This document shows, in pieces, positions 1 to 10,485 of a DNA stretch of 64,000 bases. The notes under the pieces are model-generated. The model ran no database searches, was not told the DNA's origin, and worked only from the letters and a program-made list of their open reading frames with translations. Made by a program: the position numbers and the translations under genes. Source of the stretch: a virus; the IMG/VR virus record IMGVR_UViG_3300047471_000189, positions 1 to 64,000 of that record; one strand, written 5' to 3'. The stretch's first letter is position 1, and the number at the start of each line of letters is the position of its first letter.

Positions 1-421
1 TATGCGTTCGGAAGATATCTATTGCCCCTGCGGTAAATGGATCGGTCAAGACTACCCCAACACGTGGCACGAACAAGGGTACTACGAAGGAATCAGCGAC
101 TACTGGAGCGAGAAATTGCAACGGTATTGCTGCTCACCCCAGTGCCTGAACGAAGCGGAGGAAAATGAAGAATAGCTTGTACTGGTCTTTCAACCTGCCG
201 TTGCAGATGTTACCCTACGGAGATGACTATCGCATCTTAAACTACATGCCCCACAGAGGATCAATTGCGTTCCTGAACATGAGCGATGTCCTCGGGGACC
301 AGACGAAAGAAGAGTTCTGCGAACAGGCTGCGCTCACGTTGGAGAATCTGGCCCGGTTGTTCCGGCAACTACACCAGAACAAAGTCAATCTAATTTACTA
401 CCCAGATGAAGGGATGAACAA

Positions 422-1345
422 ATGAGTAGCCTAGCGAACGATCTTAGACCCGAGTCTCTGGACCAAGTAATAGGACAGGACGCGGCCAAGCAAGCCATCA
501 AGTCCTTCGCCGCAAAAGGCAACTGGCCGAACGTGTTTCTGTTCTACGGACCGCCGGGAACAGGCAAGACCACGCTGGCCGAGATCGTAGCTAAGATGGT
601 GGGGGCCGATGAGTCGTGCATCCACAACATCAACGGATCTGTCCAGAACAAGGTGGAGGATGCCCGGGCACTGGCTGAGATGGCCGAGAGTGTGCCCTTC
701 ACCGGAACCCGGCGGGTATTCATCCTCAATGAGTTCCACCGGTTCACGGACGCCGCGCAGGACGCCCTCAAGGACCCGATGGAGAAGACCCCGGCAATGT
801 GGATCATCACCACTGACGCTCCGGACAAAATCAGCGCGGCCATCCTGTCCCGGGCGAAGCCTGCTACGTTCCAGCTTCATCTGCTTAATCTAGAGGGTAT
901 AGACATCCTCATAAACAGGGCCGGGATAGGGAGCGGGGAGCGGGCAGAGATCGGGAAATTCCTGTGGGACAAGCATATTCAATCCCCCCGGGAGATCCTC
1001 GGCATTGTTGACCAATACAAGGCCGGGGTTCCCCTCGAAAAAGCTGCCCACGGAGCCGAGCACGAGCCCCTCTACAAAGACGTGGCCGGTGCTGTACTAC
1101 GTGGGGATTGGACAAAAGCTTCGGCTGCGTTGTCCCAGATCAAGACCGGCGACAGTCGGGGGCTGATTGCTATCACCTCGGCGTTCTTCCGGTCGGAGCT
1201 ACTCAAGACCCCAGTCGGGGGACGCGCCGACGCTTTAGCCGCCTGCTTGGTCGGGATGGATCAGACCGGATTCGCAGACGGCGTGGCCTATGGGGCCGTG
1301 ACTGGGTTGCTGTATAAAGCTTGCAAAGTACTGGGGGCGAAATGA
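422..1345 (+). CDS. AAA+ clamp-loader ATPase (DnaX gamma/tau / RFC-like)
   Basis: LRP..L.QVIGQD N-terminus, Walker A GPPGTGKT, variant Walker B ILNEFH, AQDALK and ILSR motifs; a beta-clamp gene lies downstream. Confidence 0.85.
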   Translation: MSSLANDLRPESLDQVIGQDAAKQAIKSFAAKGNWPNVFLFYGPPGTGKTTLAEIVAKMVGADESCIHNINGSVQNKVEDARALAEMAESVPFTGTRRVFILNEFHRFTDAAQDALKDPMEKTPAMWIITTDAPDKISAAILSRAKPATFQLHLLNLEGIDILINRAGIGSGERAEIGKFLWDKHIQSPREILGIVDQYKAGVPLEKAAHGAEHEPLYKDVAGAVLRGDWTKASAALSQIKTGDSRGLIAITSAFFRSELLKTPVGGRADALAACLVGMDQTGFADGVAYGAVTGLLYKACKVLGAK

Positions 1346-1537
1346 TCGTAAAACTAATTCAGAACGGAACCGCGCTCTACGTAAATTCGGATCAGATGGC
1401 CATCGTGTCACCGCATCCGCAGCTTATCAACCAAACCAACGTCACATTAGGCACCGGCATCAACGTTTTAGTCGAAGGCGCGGCCTCAGAGATCGCCGTT
1501 CTGTTTGGATACAAAGCGGCGTGGGTCACGGAATAAG

Positions 1538-1568
1538 TTTCTCAAATTGAGAAAAAGTGTGGTATAAT
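1538..1568 (+). promoter_or_regulatory. sigma70-type promoter (extended -10 TGTGGTATAAT) overlapped by 17-bp palindrome TTTCTCAAATTGAGAAA
   Basis: TATAAT at 1563-1568 preceded by TG; palindrome at 1538-1554; RBS GGAG and ATG at 1590 follow. Confidence 0.7.
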
Positions 1569-1589
1569 GGAGCATAAACAGGAGAGAAA

Positions 1590-2942
1590 ATGAGTCTGGA
1601 ATTTACAGAGCAGGAACTAGCTGCGATGCGTGCTGAATATTGCAAGGGTGCGACGGATACCCAGTTCGACCTATTCATCAGCGAGTGCAAGGCCCGCAAC
1701 TTGAGGCCCGGGGTTCACCTTGTTTTCCAACTTCGTAACTCGAAGGAGTACGACCCCTCAGTCGGAGCTTCCGTCTTTGTAAAGAAGCCCTATTGGATCA
1801 CGACCATCGCCGCCCTCAGACTTATAGCCCAACGCACCGGGGAATATCTTGGGCAAGGTCCTGATGAGTTTGTGTATCTGGATGACGCCGGGCTGCCGAC
1901 GATCAAATCCGATATTCCATTGCCTGTCAGTAAGACCGATCCAACTCCTCGCGAGCCGTGGGTGGCAAGGGCCAAAGTCTATCGCAAGGGGTTCGCTGAA
2001 CCGATGATCGGGATGGCGCGGTTTGAAGCCTACGCTGGCACCCGCAAGATAGATAAAAACAGCAATGAAGTGGTCCTAACCGACATGTGGCTCAAGCGGG
2101 GCAGCGAGCAGTTGCAGAAATGCGCTGAGGCTCTTGCGTTAAGAAAAGCCTTTGCCGAGGAAATGTCCGGACTCATGATCCTCGAAGAACTGAAGGAAGT
2201 CGAGGAGCACACAGCACCGGCAGCGGTAACCCCCGCCTCCGTGGTCCCGCTTCCTCCCTCCCCTCCAAAGGTCGACCAGACCCCGGCTGTGGGTAAGAAC
2301 GAGCCGAGGCCGGGAGAGAATGTAGTTTCCTTCCCAAAGTTAGGAACCCCCGCAGGCCCCATTGCGACTGTTCTTGCCGAGGGGGTTGTAATTGACAAGC
2401 ATCTTGGCCCGGTTCCTCCAGTTGACCCAAAACTGGCTGAAGCTCTAGCGGCAGTTCCGAGCCTGAAACCAGCCTCAGAACTTCCTGCTCCAAAGAAGCG
2501 CGGTCGCCAAGCCAAACCGAAGAGTCCAGATAATGGAATTCCTCCGGTAGAGGGGATCTCGGACGCGGATATAGCGTTAGCGGGAACCCCGGCCCCGGTT
2601 GACACCACCGATCCCAAGGTAGCTCAGGAATTCGTGGAGTCAGTAACCAGCTTCACCAGCGAAGAAGCGGCGGCTCAGGGCCTCCCGGAACCACCGGACC
2701 CGATCCCGTCGAAAGAAGAAGGAGCGGCGTTCGTAGCCCGTGCCCGTAAGCTGGTCGAACCCGGGGTAGACATCAAGAGCGTGGGGGACTACACCCTCAA
2801 GCTTGGAGACAAAACCTCGTCCAAGTACCTGACCGTAGGGGACTGGACCAAAGCTTTGACCAACCTCGAAGCGGCCAAGGCTGCCGGGACGTTGAAGGAA
2901 CTGGTGAAGGGGAAGGAGGTTCCACTTGGCGAGTTCCAATAA
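1590..2942 (+). CDS. bet: Bet/RecT-family ssDNA annealing protein with long Pro/Ala-rich C-terminal extension
   Basis: CKGATD.QF.LF..CK..NL.P, LRLIAQRTGEY.G and KCAEALALRKAF are typical of Red-beta-like annealases. Confidence 0.8.
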   Translation: MSLEFTEQELAAMRAEYCKGATDTQFDLFISECKARNLRPGVHLVFQLRNSKEYDPSVGASVFVKKPYWITTIAALRLIAQRTGEYLGQGPDEFVYLDDAGLPTIKSDIPLPVSKTDPTPREPWVARAKVYRKGFAEPMIGMARFEAYAGTRKIDKNSNEVVLTDMWLKRGSEQLQKCAEALALRKAFAEEMSGLMILEELKEVEEHTAPAAVTPASVVPLPPSPPKVDQTPAVGKNEPRPGENVVSFPKLGTPAGPIATVLAEGVVIDKHLGPVPPVDPKLAEALAAVPSLKPASELPAPKKRGRQAKPKSPDNGIPPVEGISDADIALAGTPAPVDTTDPKVAQEFVESVTSFTSEEAAAQGLPEPPDPIPSKEEGAAFVARARKLVEPGVDIKSVGDYTLKLGDKTSSKYLTVGDWTKALTNLEAAKAAGTLKELVKGKEVPLGEFQ

Positions 2943-3574
2943 GTGCGATCATTGTTTCCCGACAAATAAATCTCTTACCAACCTATCCAGCCCCGACGGG
3001 AAGAAAGTCCGGGCCGTCTGCGGTGTGTGCATGAAACTCGGGCCATTCTCTGAAATCAGTTGGGGAGACGCAGTCCAAAAATTCTGGGAACAGGAGAAAT
3101 CAATGTCCAACGAAGACTACAAACGTGGAGTTAAAGAAGCGCTTGACCTACCTATCTCCGGGGGATGGTACTCAGCGGAGCGCGTCAAGAATATCATTGA
3201 AGACAGACTCAGGACCCTCCTTGGACCACCCAAGAAGGTAACCAAGTGGGTCATCGTTCTTCCGGCCCCAATGCACGGCGAAGAATACATCTCTCAAGGT
3301 AGACTCTGGGACTCCAAGGAAGCCGCTGAAAAGTTCTCCAAACTCTACTACGTTAAAAACGTTGGGATATTCCCAATCGAGATCGAGGTTGAAATTTGAC
3401 CCACTACAGCGTCCAGCTTCAGGACCAAGCCATACCCATGCCGGTCGAAGCTGAGAAGTTCAATTGTGAAGGAGACGGGTACACTGTGTTCTACGCCCGG
3501 CCTGCCCCGGGAGAGAAATTCGAAGAGGTAGCCCGGTTCCTAACCAAAAACGTAAAACTTGTTGAGGAGACATT

Positions 3575-4156
3575 ATGCCAGACTACATTGTCAAAACGCA
3601 CGAAGGCCGGAATCTGATTATCACCGCAGACGAATATTCCTACGACGGGAAAGCTGAACTGCATCTGTTCCTTACCAACCACAAAGTCGTGGCGACCGTT
3701 CCGTTTAACGCTGCTTTCTCTGTCGCCGAGTACGACGACGCCTACCAAGCGGACTACCACAACGATGACAGCGACCCGCTCGAAGACGAAGCTCCTTGTC
3801 TCTGCAACGCGCTGGACGACTTTTCCAAGTCGGAGACGTTCTTCGACACGGTGGTCAGCATCATCGAGTACTACCACAACGTGATAGCGAAAGAGACGGC
3901 TGAGGCCCCCGTTCAAGCGTGCCCCGTTCCCGAGACACCGACAGCGGTTCCGGACGTCCAGACCGAGCAGTACCCAATCGAGCACTGGCGGACCGTCAGC
4001 GGAGAAGAGTTCTACGGGTTCTGGGTGGGCGGAAAGTTTGTCCACTTCACTTACAAAGATACCGCCGAACTCGGACGTGAAGATCAAATCAACAAACCGG
4101 AGTCCGTTGTCTGGGCCTACAAAGACCTGATCGGCGGAACGAGGTTGGAGGACTAA
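3575..4156 (+). CDS. hypothetical acidic protein
   Basis: ORF with RBS GAGGAG, translationally coupled to ssb. Confidence 0.6.
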   Translation: MPDYIVKTHEGRNLIITADEYSYDGKAELHLFLTNHKVVATVPFNAAFSVAEYDDAYQADYHNDDSDPLEDEAPCLCNALDDFSKSETFFDTVVSIIEYYHNVIAKETAEAPVQACPVPETPTAVPDVQTEQYPIEHWRTVSGEEFYGFWVGGKFVHFTYKDTAELGREDQINKPESVVWAYKDLIGGTRLED

Positions 4157-4620
4157 TGAGCAAGGGATTTAGCTTCGCACAAATAGGCGGTACCCTCGGA
4201 AAAGATCCGGAATCTAGGTCGACTTCTGGGGGCACCAAAATCGTTTCCTTCTCTCTTGCCGTAGAAAAAGGCTTCGGCGAGAAGGCCAGCACCTCTTGGT
4301 TTAATATTATTTCGTTTGACAAGAACGCGGAGTTCGCGGAGAAGTACCTCAAGAAAGGCAAGTCCGTAACCGTGTGCGGAGACCTTCAGATTCGCTCGTG
4401 GGACGACAAGAACTCCGGGCAAAAGAGGTACACCACGGAGATCACTGCGTACAAGATCGACTTCGCGGACAGCGGTACACGGTCTGGCGGAGGGGAACAG
4501 CAGGGACGATCTGCACCAGCCCCGCAGGCGAGGCAGGAGGCGGCAGCGCCGACCCGGGCCGGGTACGACACAGCCCGCACTGACTCGTTCAACGGAGAGG
4601 ACGACGATATCCCGTTCTAG
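4156..4620 (+). CDS. ssb: single-stranded DNA-binding protein
   Basis: IGGTLGKDPE, YLKKGKSV.V.G.LQ.R.W, acidic tail ending DDDIPF. Confidence 0.95.
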   Translation: MSKGFSFAQIGGTLGKDPESRSTSGGTKIVSFSLAVEKGFGEKASTSWFNIISFDKNAEFAEKYLKKGKSVTVCGDLQIRSWDDKNSGQKRYTTEITAYKIDFADSGTRSGGGEQQGRSAPAPQARQEAAAPTRAGYDTARTDSFNGEDDDIPF

Positions 4621-4869
4621 AGGACAAATGAAAATCACAGTAACTCAGAAACACATAGATTTCGGTCTCCGGGGGTCCTGTAGCAGGGACCCCATTTGCT
4701 TGGCTATGCTGGAGGCGGGGCTCGACGATCCGTGGGTAAGTCTCCAATACCTGCGATGGAGTAAAAACAGAAGAACTTACTTCCATCCAATCCCGGAAAG
4801 TGTTATACTGTTCATGAAAAGATTTGACAACCAGAGGCCAACCGGGCCATTCATATTCGAGGTGGAGTT

Positions 4870-5214
4870 ATGACAGCTAAAGAGATTCGTAATACAAATT
4901 GGATATCAGGAGTCGAAACCCTAGCGATTGCGGAGTTTCTCCAAGAAATTGCGGCCCAACTAGCCGACCTAAACGAACTGTTCAAAGGTACTGTATCTGA
5001 GGATGGATGTTCCCTCGACGTATCATTTTTACCGAAGTAGTCCGAATAATGGACAGGAGGGGTGATGGCGAAGTGGAGAGTGACCGTTAATTACTGGGAG
5101 TGGGAAGGCGAAGCCGACGACGAAGGCGATGCGCTGATGCAGGCCGACTACGACTTCGGCTTCATGAGCGAAGCTAGTGCAGAAGAAATCTCCGACGACG
5201 AAGAGGAGGGGTGA
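4870..5214 (+). CDS. two small hypothetical ORFs (4870-5040 and 5065-5214) not in the ORF track
   Basis: ATG starts with RBS, open frames read manually; they fill the gap between neighbouring genes. Confidence 0.55.
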
Positions 5215-5643
5215 TGCGTATTCTGTGTAAGCTGATGGGGTGCGAAACCGGTCTCAGTCCATGCTGCCGCCGCTGCGGTTCCGACCTGTACGAATATGAC
5301 TTCATTCAACAAGGTTGGTTACAACCGTGGTTCAGAGCCGTCTGGTGGGTTGCCTCCAAGCAGGAGTGGATACGCCACAGGTGCGATGTGTGCAGGAAGC
5401 CGATGTATTTCACTGACGCGAGTTGCTGCTCAGAAGAATGTTACGAAGATTGGTACCCGTTTTAAGGAGGGGTGATGGGACGAGAATTTGATGCTGCCGG
5501 GGAATATTTGATTATGAACGGGATCAACCTTGGGGATCAAGTACCAGCACACAAGGTCCGGGAACTGCTGGCTAACTTTCACAGAGAGAACCCGTATGTA
5601 GTCGGCTCTCAGTTCAAGCAATGGTGGAAAGACCACATCCATT

Positions 5644-6681
5644 ATGCCCCCAAAGAAAAGTAGTCCAAAACCGATTACTCTGAACGACGAGCAACGATCT
5701 GTAGTCGATGCTCGGACTGGGTACTGGTGCTGCATGGCGGGTCCCGGGAGCGGCAAGAGTGCGTCCATTGTGGCCCGGTTCGCTGCCCTGATCCAAGAAG
5801 GGGTCAGCCCGGACGACATCCTTTCCCTCAGCTTCACCAAGACGGCAGCGAAGAACCTGCGCGACCGGGTAGAAGCTCAGGTCGGACAGCTAACCACAAC
5901 CCAAACCGCCGGGGCCGTGACGTTCCATTCTCTCGCCCTTTCGTTTGCTCAGGAGCAGAGAGATGATTTTGGTTTTGACCTTGCGGAGTTTCCTCTTGCC
6001 GACGAACCGACAGCCAACAAATTGTCCGGAGAATCTGCCCGACGATTTGAAGTTAATCCCCGCGATCTTCGGCCCGTTATCAGCCTTTGGAAACGAAAAC
6101 GGCTTCGTCCTGCTGCGGTCATTAAAGATTGTGAAAATAAGCTTGATGCCAAAGGACTGAAGCTGGGGCTGGCCTACAAGGACTACGAGAAGCGGTGCCG
6201 GGAGAAGGGCGTGCTCGACTTCGACAGCCTGATTCTGGAGATGGTTGAGATCCTAGATAAGAAACCGGGAGTGAGAGCGCGATGGAAAAGAAACTGGCTG
6301 CAACTGGACGAGAGTCAGGACATGTCGAAGATCGAGTGGGATTTGGCCAGACTGGTATCTGGCAAGAGCGTTCTCGCAGTGGGGGACGTATCTCAGGGTA
6401 TCTACGGCTTCCGTGGGTCGGACCCGAAAATATTCGCGGAGATGGGCGCTATTTTCCCGGGGACACAAATTTTATACTTGGCTTGCAACTACAGGTCGAC
6501 GCCCCAGATTGTTCAATTTATCAAACCCATAGCGGCCAGCCAAGACCTCGCCGCCTTGTTCCACACGAGTAATCCAGCCGGGCCGGAGCCCACGATACGC
6601 GGCTTCAACTCCCCCGGAGAAGAGGCGAACTGGGTGGTATCTAAAATTAAGGAGTCTTTATGTCAGACAACAACAGTCTAG
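5644..6681 (+). CDS. UvrD/PcrA/Rep-family SF1 helicase, N-terminal half
   Basis: LNDEQ, AGPGSGKS (I), SFTKTAA (Ia), LDESQD (II), VGDVSQGIYGFRG (III), NYRS (IV); ends before motifs IVa-VI. Confidence 0.9.
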   Translation: MPPKKSSPKPITLNDEQRSVVDARTGYWCCMAGPGSGKSASIVARFAALIQEGVSPDDILSLSFTKTAAKNLRDRVEAQVGQLTTTQTAGAVTFHSLALSFAQEQRDDFGFDLAEFPLADEPTANKLSGESARRFEVNPRDLRPVISLWKRKRLRPAAVIKDCENKLDAKGLKLGLAYKDYEKRCREKGVLDFDSLILEMVEILDKKPGVRARWKRNWLQLDESQDMSKIEWDLARLVSGKSVLAVGDVSQGIYGFRGSDPKIFAEMGAIFPGTQILYLACNYRSTPQIVQFIKPIAASQDLAALFHTSNPAGPEPTIRGFNSPGEEANWVVSKIKESLCQTTTV

Positions 6682-7166
6682 GTCAATCGCAATTCGCGAG
6701 CCAGCAATGCAGCGACATATACGGGTTGCAAGGCTCTTTCGGGGGGTTCTGGGGTAACCTGCTAGGTGGTGTTGGGATCACGGGTTCGTGCTCGATGATG
6801 TTCTCCAGCTACGATGAATACGCCAGATACGTGACCCGTGGGCTGCCAGTGGCTCCCGACGCCGACGGCTGGTATGAGTACATAGGCAACGCCCCAACCA
6901 AAGAAGCCCTGTGCCAGTTCAAACAAGGGCACGAGGAGAACGAAGGGGAACCGTGGGTGGGGTACGCCGATTTCCACCCGGAATTCAACGTGGCTTACCT
7001 CAAGTGGAGATACACCGGCATCTCCAAGGAGCAAGGGTATGGGAAATGACTGGATGTCCAACTTAGGTCTGGCGCTGTTTGTGTTGTTCGCGCTGATCGC
7101 TTATTACAAGTATGACCAAGGGGATTGGTTCTAATACTTTTTCTCAAATTGAGAAAGGAGTCTGTA

Positions 7167-7508
7167 ATGGAAAAGTGGATAAGCGTACGCGAGAAGATGC
7201 CGCCGAACACCGTATCGGTTCTGGTGTGGTGTCCGGAACGGAAGAACAAGTATACAGCCTGTTGGGTTGCTCCAAAATGGAGACACTTCGGAGGAATCTC
7301 GTTCGAAGAACTACACGAAGACGTGACACACTGGAGACCTACCCCTGAACCACCTCCTCCACCCCTTACCAAGAAAGAACAAATCGTGGAAACGATTGTC
7401 GACACGATCCAGAAGATTGGTCGTATGCCGACGTGGGGAGATGAAATCCGTCCGTTTGCAAAAACCTTGGCGCATGAAATTCTTCATGATCTCGGGGAGT
7501 CCAAATAA
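7167..7508 (+). CDS. DUF551-like phage protein
   Basis: WISV.EKMP...VLVW...VTHWRPTPEPP signature; ATG at 7167 after AAGGAG. Confidence 0.7.
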   Translation: MEKWISVREKMPPNTVSVLVWCPERKNKYTACWVAPKWRHFGGISFEELHEDVTHWRPTPEPPPPPLTKKEQIVETIVDTIQKIGRMPTWGDEIRPFAKTLAHEILHDLGESK

Positions 7509-7677
7509 TGGACATCGATCCGAAAGAGATTACCATCGGGGAGTACGCCGACTATTACATCGAGTGGGACGGTATGGTTGAGAGCGGACCCGGTTGCCTA
7601 GAACGTATGCAGGCTAGAATCGACGCTTTGCCTGACGGTCACCGGAGCAAGGTTCAGTTGATACCCAAGGAGTCCGA

Positions 7678-8079
7678 ATGAAAGAAACTATACCGCAAAT
7701 ACACACTCAAATGTTCGCCGGTAAGAAGCTGGAGAAAGTCACCGGGGCCGACCCGTATATCCGCTACCACTTCGAAGGCGGCGGGTATTTCGAGCATTAC
7801 CAGCACCTCGGCGAACTGAATTGGATCAAGGTGGAGGACGGTCTGCCACCGAATAGCCCGGTGGGTCCGGAAACCGACCTAGTCCTCGTCCACACGAACC
7901 GGGAGTACCTCCCGACCATTTCCACAGCCATTGGAGAATACACGGAAGATGGCTTTATGTGGCGTATCGATCAGGGGCAGGTCCTCGCACCGGTGTGGGG
8001 AGGAAAGTCCAAACTCGGGGTAACCCACTGGGCCGCTATTAGCCTCCCAATAAATCATGAGGGAAAGGCGTCCGAATAA
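7678..8079 (+). CDS. DUF551-like phage protein
   Basis: WIKVEDGLP...VLV...VTHWA. Confidence 0.55.
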   Translation: MKETIPQIHTQMFAGKKLEKVTGADPYIRYHFEGGGYFEHYQHLGELNWIKVEDGLPPNSPVGPETDLVLVHTNREYLPTISTAIGEYTEDGFMWRIDQGQVLAPVWGGKSKLGVTHWAAISLPINHEGKASE

Positions 8080-8264
8080 TGAGGAACACTACGCAGATTT
8101 ATGAATTGGTTTTGTTAACTTTTGGTTACTCCTTTTTGGTGGTATTTGCCGTCTCCGTATTATATTTTCTGCTTGATATCCTCAAAGAGATCATCGAGGG
8201 ACTGATCGACGTGTGGAGGTTCTTCGCTTCGTTGATAAATTAACACAGAAAAGGAGTCCAGATA

Positions 8265-9095
8265 ATGGACAAAACCGTAGCCATCCTAGCTCGGACCAAC
8301 CGGGCCCTCATGCTGTTCGAGCAGGCTCTGACCGAGGCTCAGGTGAAGTACCACCTCGTGGGCCGGTCGGGTTTCTGGGCCCAACCAGAAGTCAAGTCCG
8401 TGCTGGCTTATCTCGGTTGTGTCCTCTACCCGGCTGACTGGCTCGTGGCCGGGGCTATCCGCAGCCCGTTCTTCCCGTCTCAGTACCTACCGAAGACCAA
8501 GCTGCTGGCCACGCTCAAGGAGTTTCATGCGGAACAAGCTGAATCTAGCTCTGCTACGTCTTACTGGATGGGGTTAACCCAAAAACCAGAAGCGTTTGTA
8601 GAGGCTAAGAACCTCGGCTCTCTCCGGGACTTCACCGGATTCATCCACAGCCTCAGCCGGTACCGGGACCTGCCTGCGGTCGACGCTTTACGCAAGGTGA
8701 TCGAAGCCCTGAAGGTCATCGAGTTCTACCACGGAGAGGAAGCCAGTCCGGATAACGACCCTCTGGGCAACCTGTCCGAGCTTCTCAAGCTGGCCGGTCG
8801 GCGTGGATCAGTAAAGGACTTCCTCGACTACTGCCGACGGGCATCCGCTGCGAGCAAGAGCAAGAAGGGTGTCGCCTTAGCCACGTGTCACGCGGCCAAG
8901 GGTATGGAGTTTTCGACGGTGTACCTAGTGACTTGTCAGGACGGCATGATGCCGCACGCCAAGGCGACCGATCTCGAAGAGGAACGGAACATCTACTTCG
9001 TTGCCTGCTCCCGGGCGGAGCGCGAGCTTCACATTACGTATTCCGGAACACCCAGTCCATTTTTGGCCAACCAGTTTTCAAAACCCGTGGTATAA
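8265..9095 (+). CDS. UvrD/PcrA/Rep-family SF1 helicase, C-terminal half
   Basis: AILARTN (IVa), LATCHAAKGMEF (V), EERNIYFVACSRAERELHI (VI); own RBS AAGGAG. Confidence 0.9.
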   Translation: MDKTVAILARTNRALMLFEQALTEAQVKYHLVGRSGFWAQPEVKSVLAYLGCVLYPADWLVAGAIRSPFFPSQYLPKTKLLATLKEFHAEQAESSSATSYWMGLTQKPEAFVEAKNLGSLRDFTGFIHSLSRYRDLPAVDALRKVIEALKVIEFYHGEEASPDNDPLGNLSELLKLAGRRGSVKDFLDYCRRASAASKSKKGVALATCHAAKGMEFSTVYLVTCQDGMMPHAKATDLEEERNIYFVACSRAERELHITYSGTPSPFLANQFSKPVV

Positions 9096-9096
9096 T
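9087..9096 (+). promoter_or_regulatory. extended -10 promoter element GTGGTATAAT
   Basis: Same motif as at 1559-1568, at a gene boundary upstream of ORF 9114. Confidence 0.5.
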
Positions 9097-10485
9097 AACC
9101 GAAAGGAAAACCCATGAACCCAGTTAGTCCAGTAATCAAGAAATTTGCGGATCGTGAAATTCTTCTTGGAGAAGGACAACCACAGTATTTTCCTATCCCG
9201 ACTTTAGTTATGGATGGGGAAGACAAAACCTTCATCAGTCGGTGGGAATTTACGGAGGAAGAACGAAAGAAAATCTCTTCCGGAGCCTCGTTGTTTTTCT
9301 ACCAGAGCACCTTTGGTCTTCCGTTCCAGCCCGTTCTAATGATGGTCGAGGAGTCAGAATGACTTGGTGGAACCGTAAATCAAAACCCAAAGACGAAATC
9401 ACCGACCCCGTTGGGTCTACCGCTGGGACGTATTCAGTCCCTCTGGATGCGTATGCGAATATACCTCACCCCGAAGCCACGGGGAAGGTGATCCCTTACG
9501 TAAACGTCATAGCAGAAACAGCCCCCCAAAAACCCGAACCCGATCTATCCACCAAACCCGAAGACTATATTGGGTACTGCTTCGGGTATGTCTGCCCAAA
9601 GAAACACGTGAACTCGACGTTTGAGAACATCACGGTCGACGGATATAAGGAACGCCGGGCCTGCCAGTACTGCGGGGGCGTGGGCAAACCGGCGGTCGTC
9701 AAGAGGACAGCGGAGCCTATATGGGGGATGACCAACCGCGCCCGTAGACTGCGTCAAGAATGGCGAGGAGAAGTTGTGGAAGCTCCGACGTGGAGTTGGA
9801 GCTTACTGTACGACGACTTTACCATCAGGTGGATGCGCCTCGAATTTGTCCATTATCTGGACACACCGAAGCCGAGGAAGAAGAAATGAAATACAAACGC
9901 AAGACCCATGTCCTCCACGAAATAAACCAGAAAATTCAAGGGGACGAACCGTTTCTGAACTTCATACACCCGTGGATGATCGTCAACCTCAACGGAGGCC
10001 CCCGAGGGTCTCATAACTTCTTCGAGGGACACTCAGATTCCATGTCTAAACTCTTTCCCGGGGACACTTTAAGATTCCAAGTCCAGCGGGTATCTCTGGT
10101 CCCGATGAAGTGGTACGAACGAGTGTGGGTGTGGATCAAGGAGAGGATATGATCGAAGATACCGCAGCAAAGAAAACATCCTACGAGGCCCGGATGAAGC
10201 TGACTGAACTCAGGAACGTAATGTACGATTACCCGACCAACGTCGACCAGTCTTGCTACAACCTTGTGATGCACTTGCTGGACGCGCTGCAAACCGCTAT
10301 CCGTTTGGCTGGAGAGGTAAAGGAATGAAAACAACAAACGAAGTCATGACCGAGTGGTTCGACATATCCGTCGAGATTCTGGTCTCGATTATTTTTCTTC
10401 CCTTCGTAATACTCATGTCGATCCCGCTGGCCCCTTTCTGGGTCGCGGCCAAGATTTACACGACGTGGTTTCAGAAGGAGAGCAA

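Noticed and set aside
6649-8270. Intein, intron or precise excision restoring a single helicase ORF
   Set aside because: No intein termini or intron core is recognisable, and joining at the shared AAGGAGTC gives AAG GAG TCC AGA TAA, a stop.
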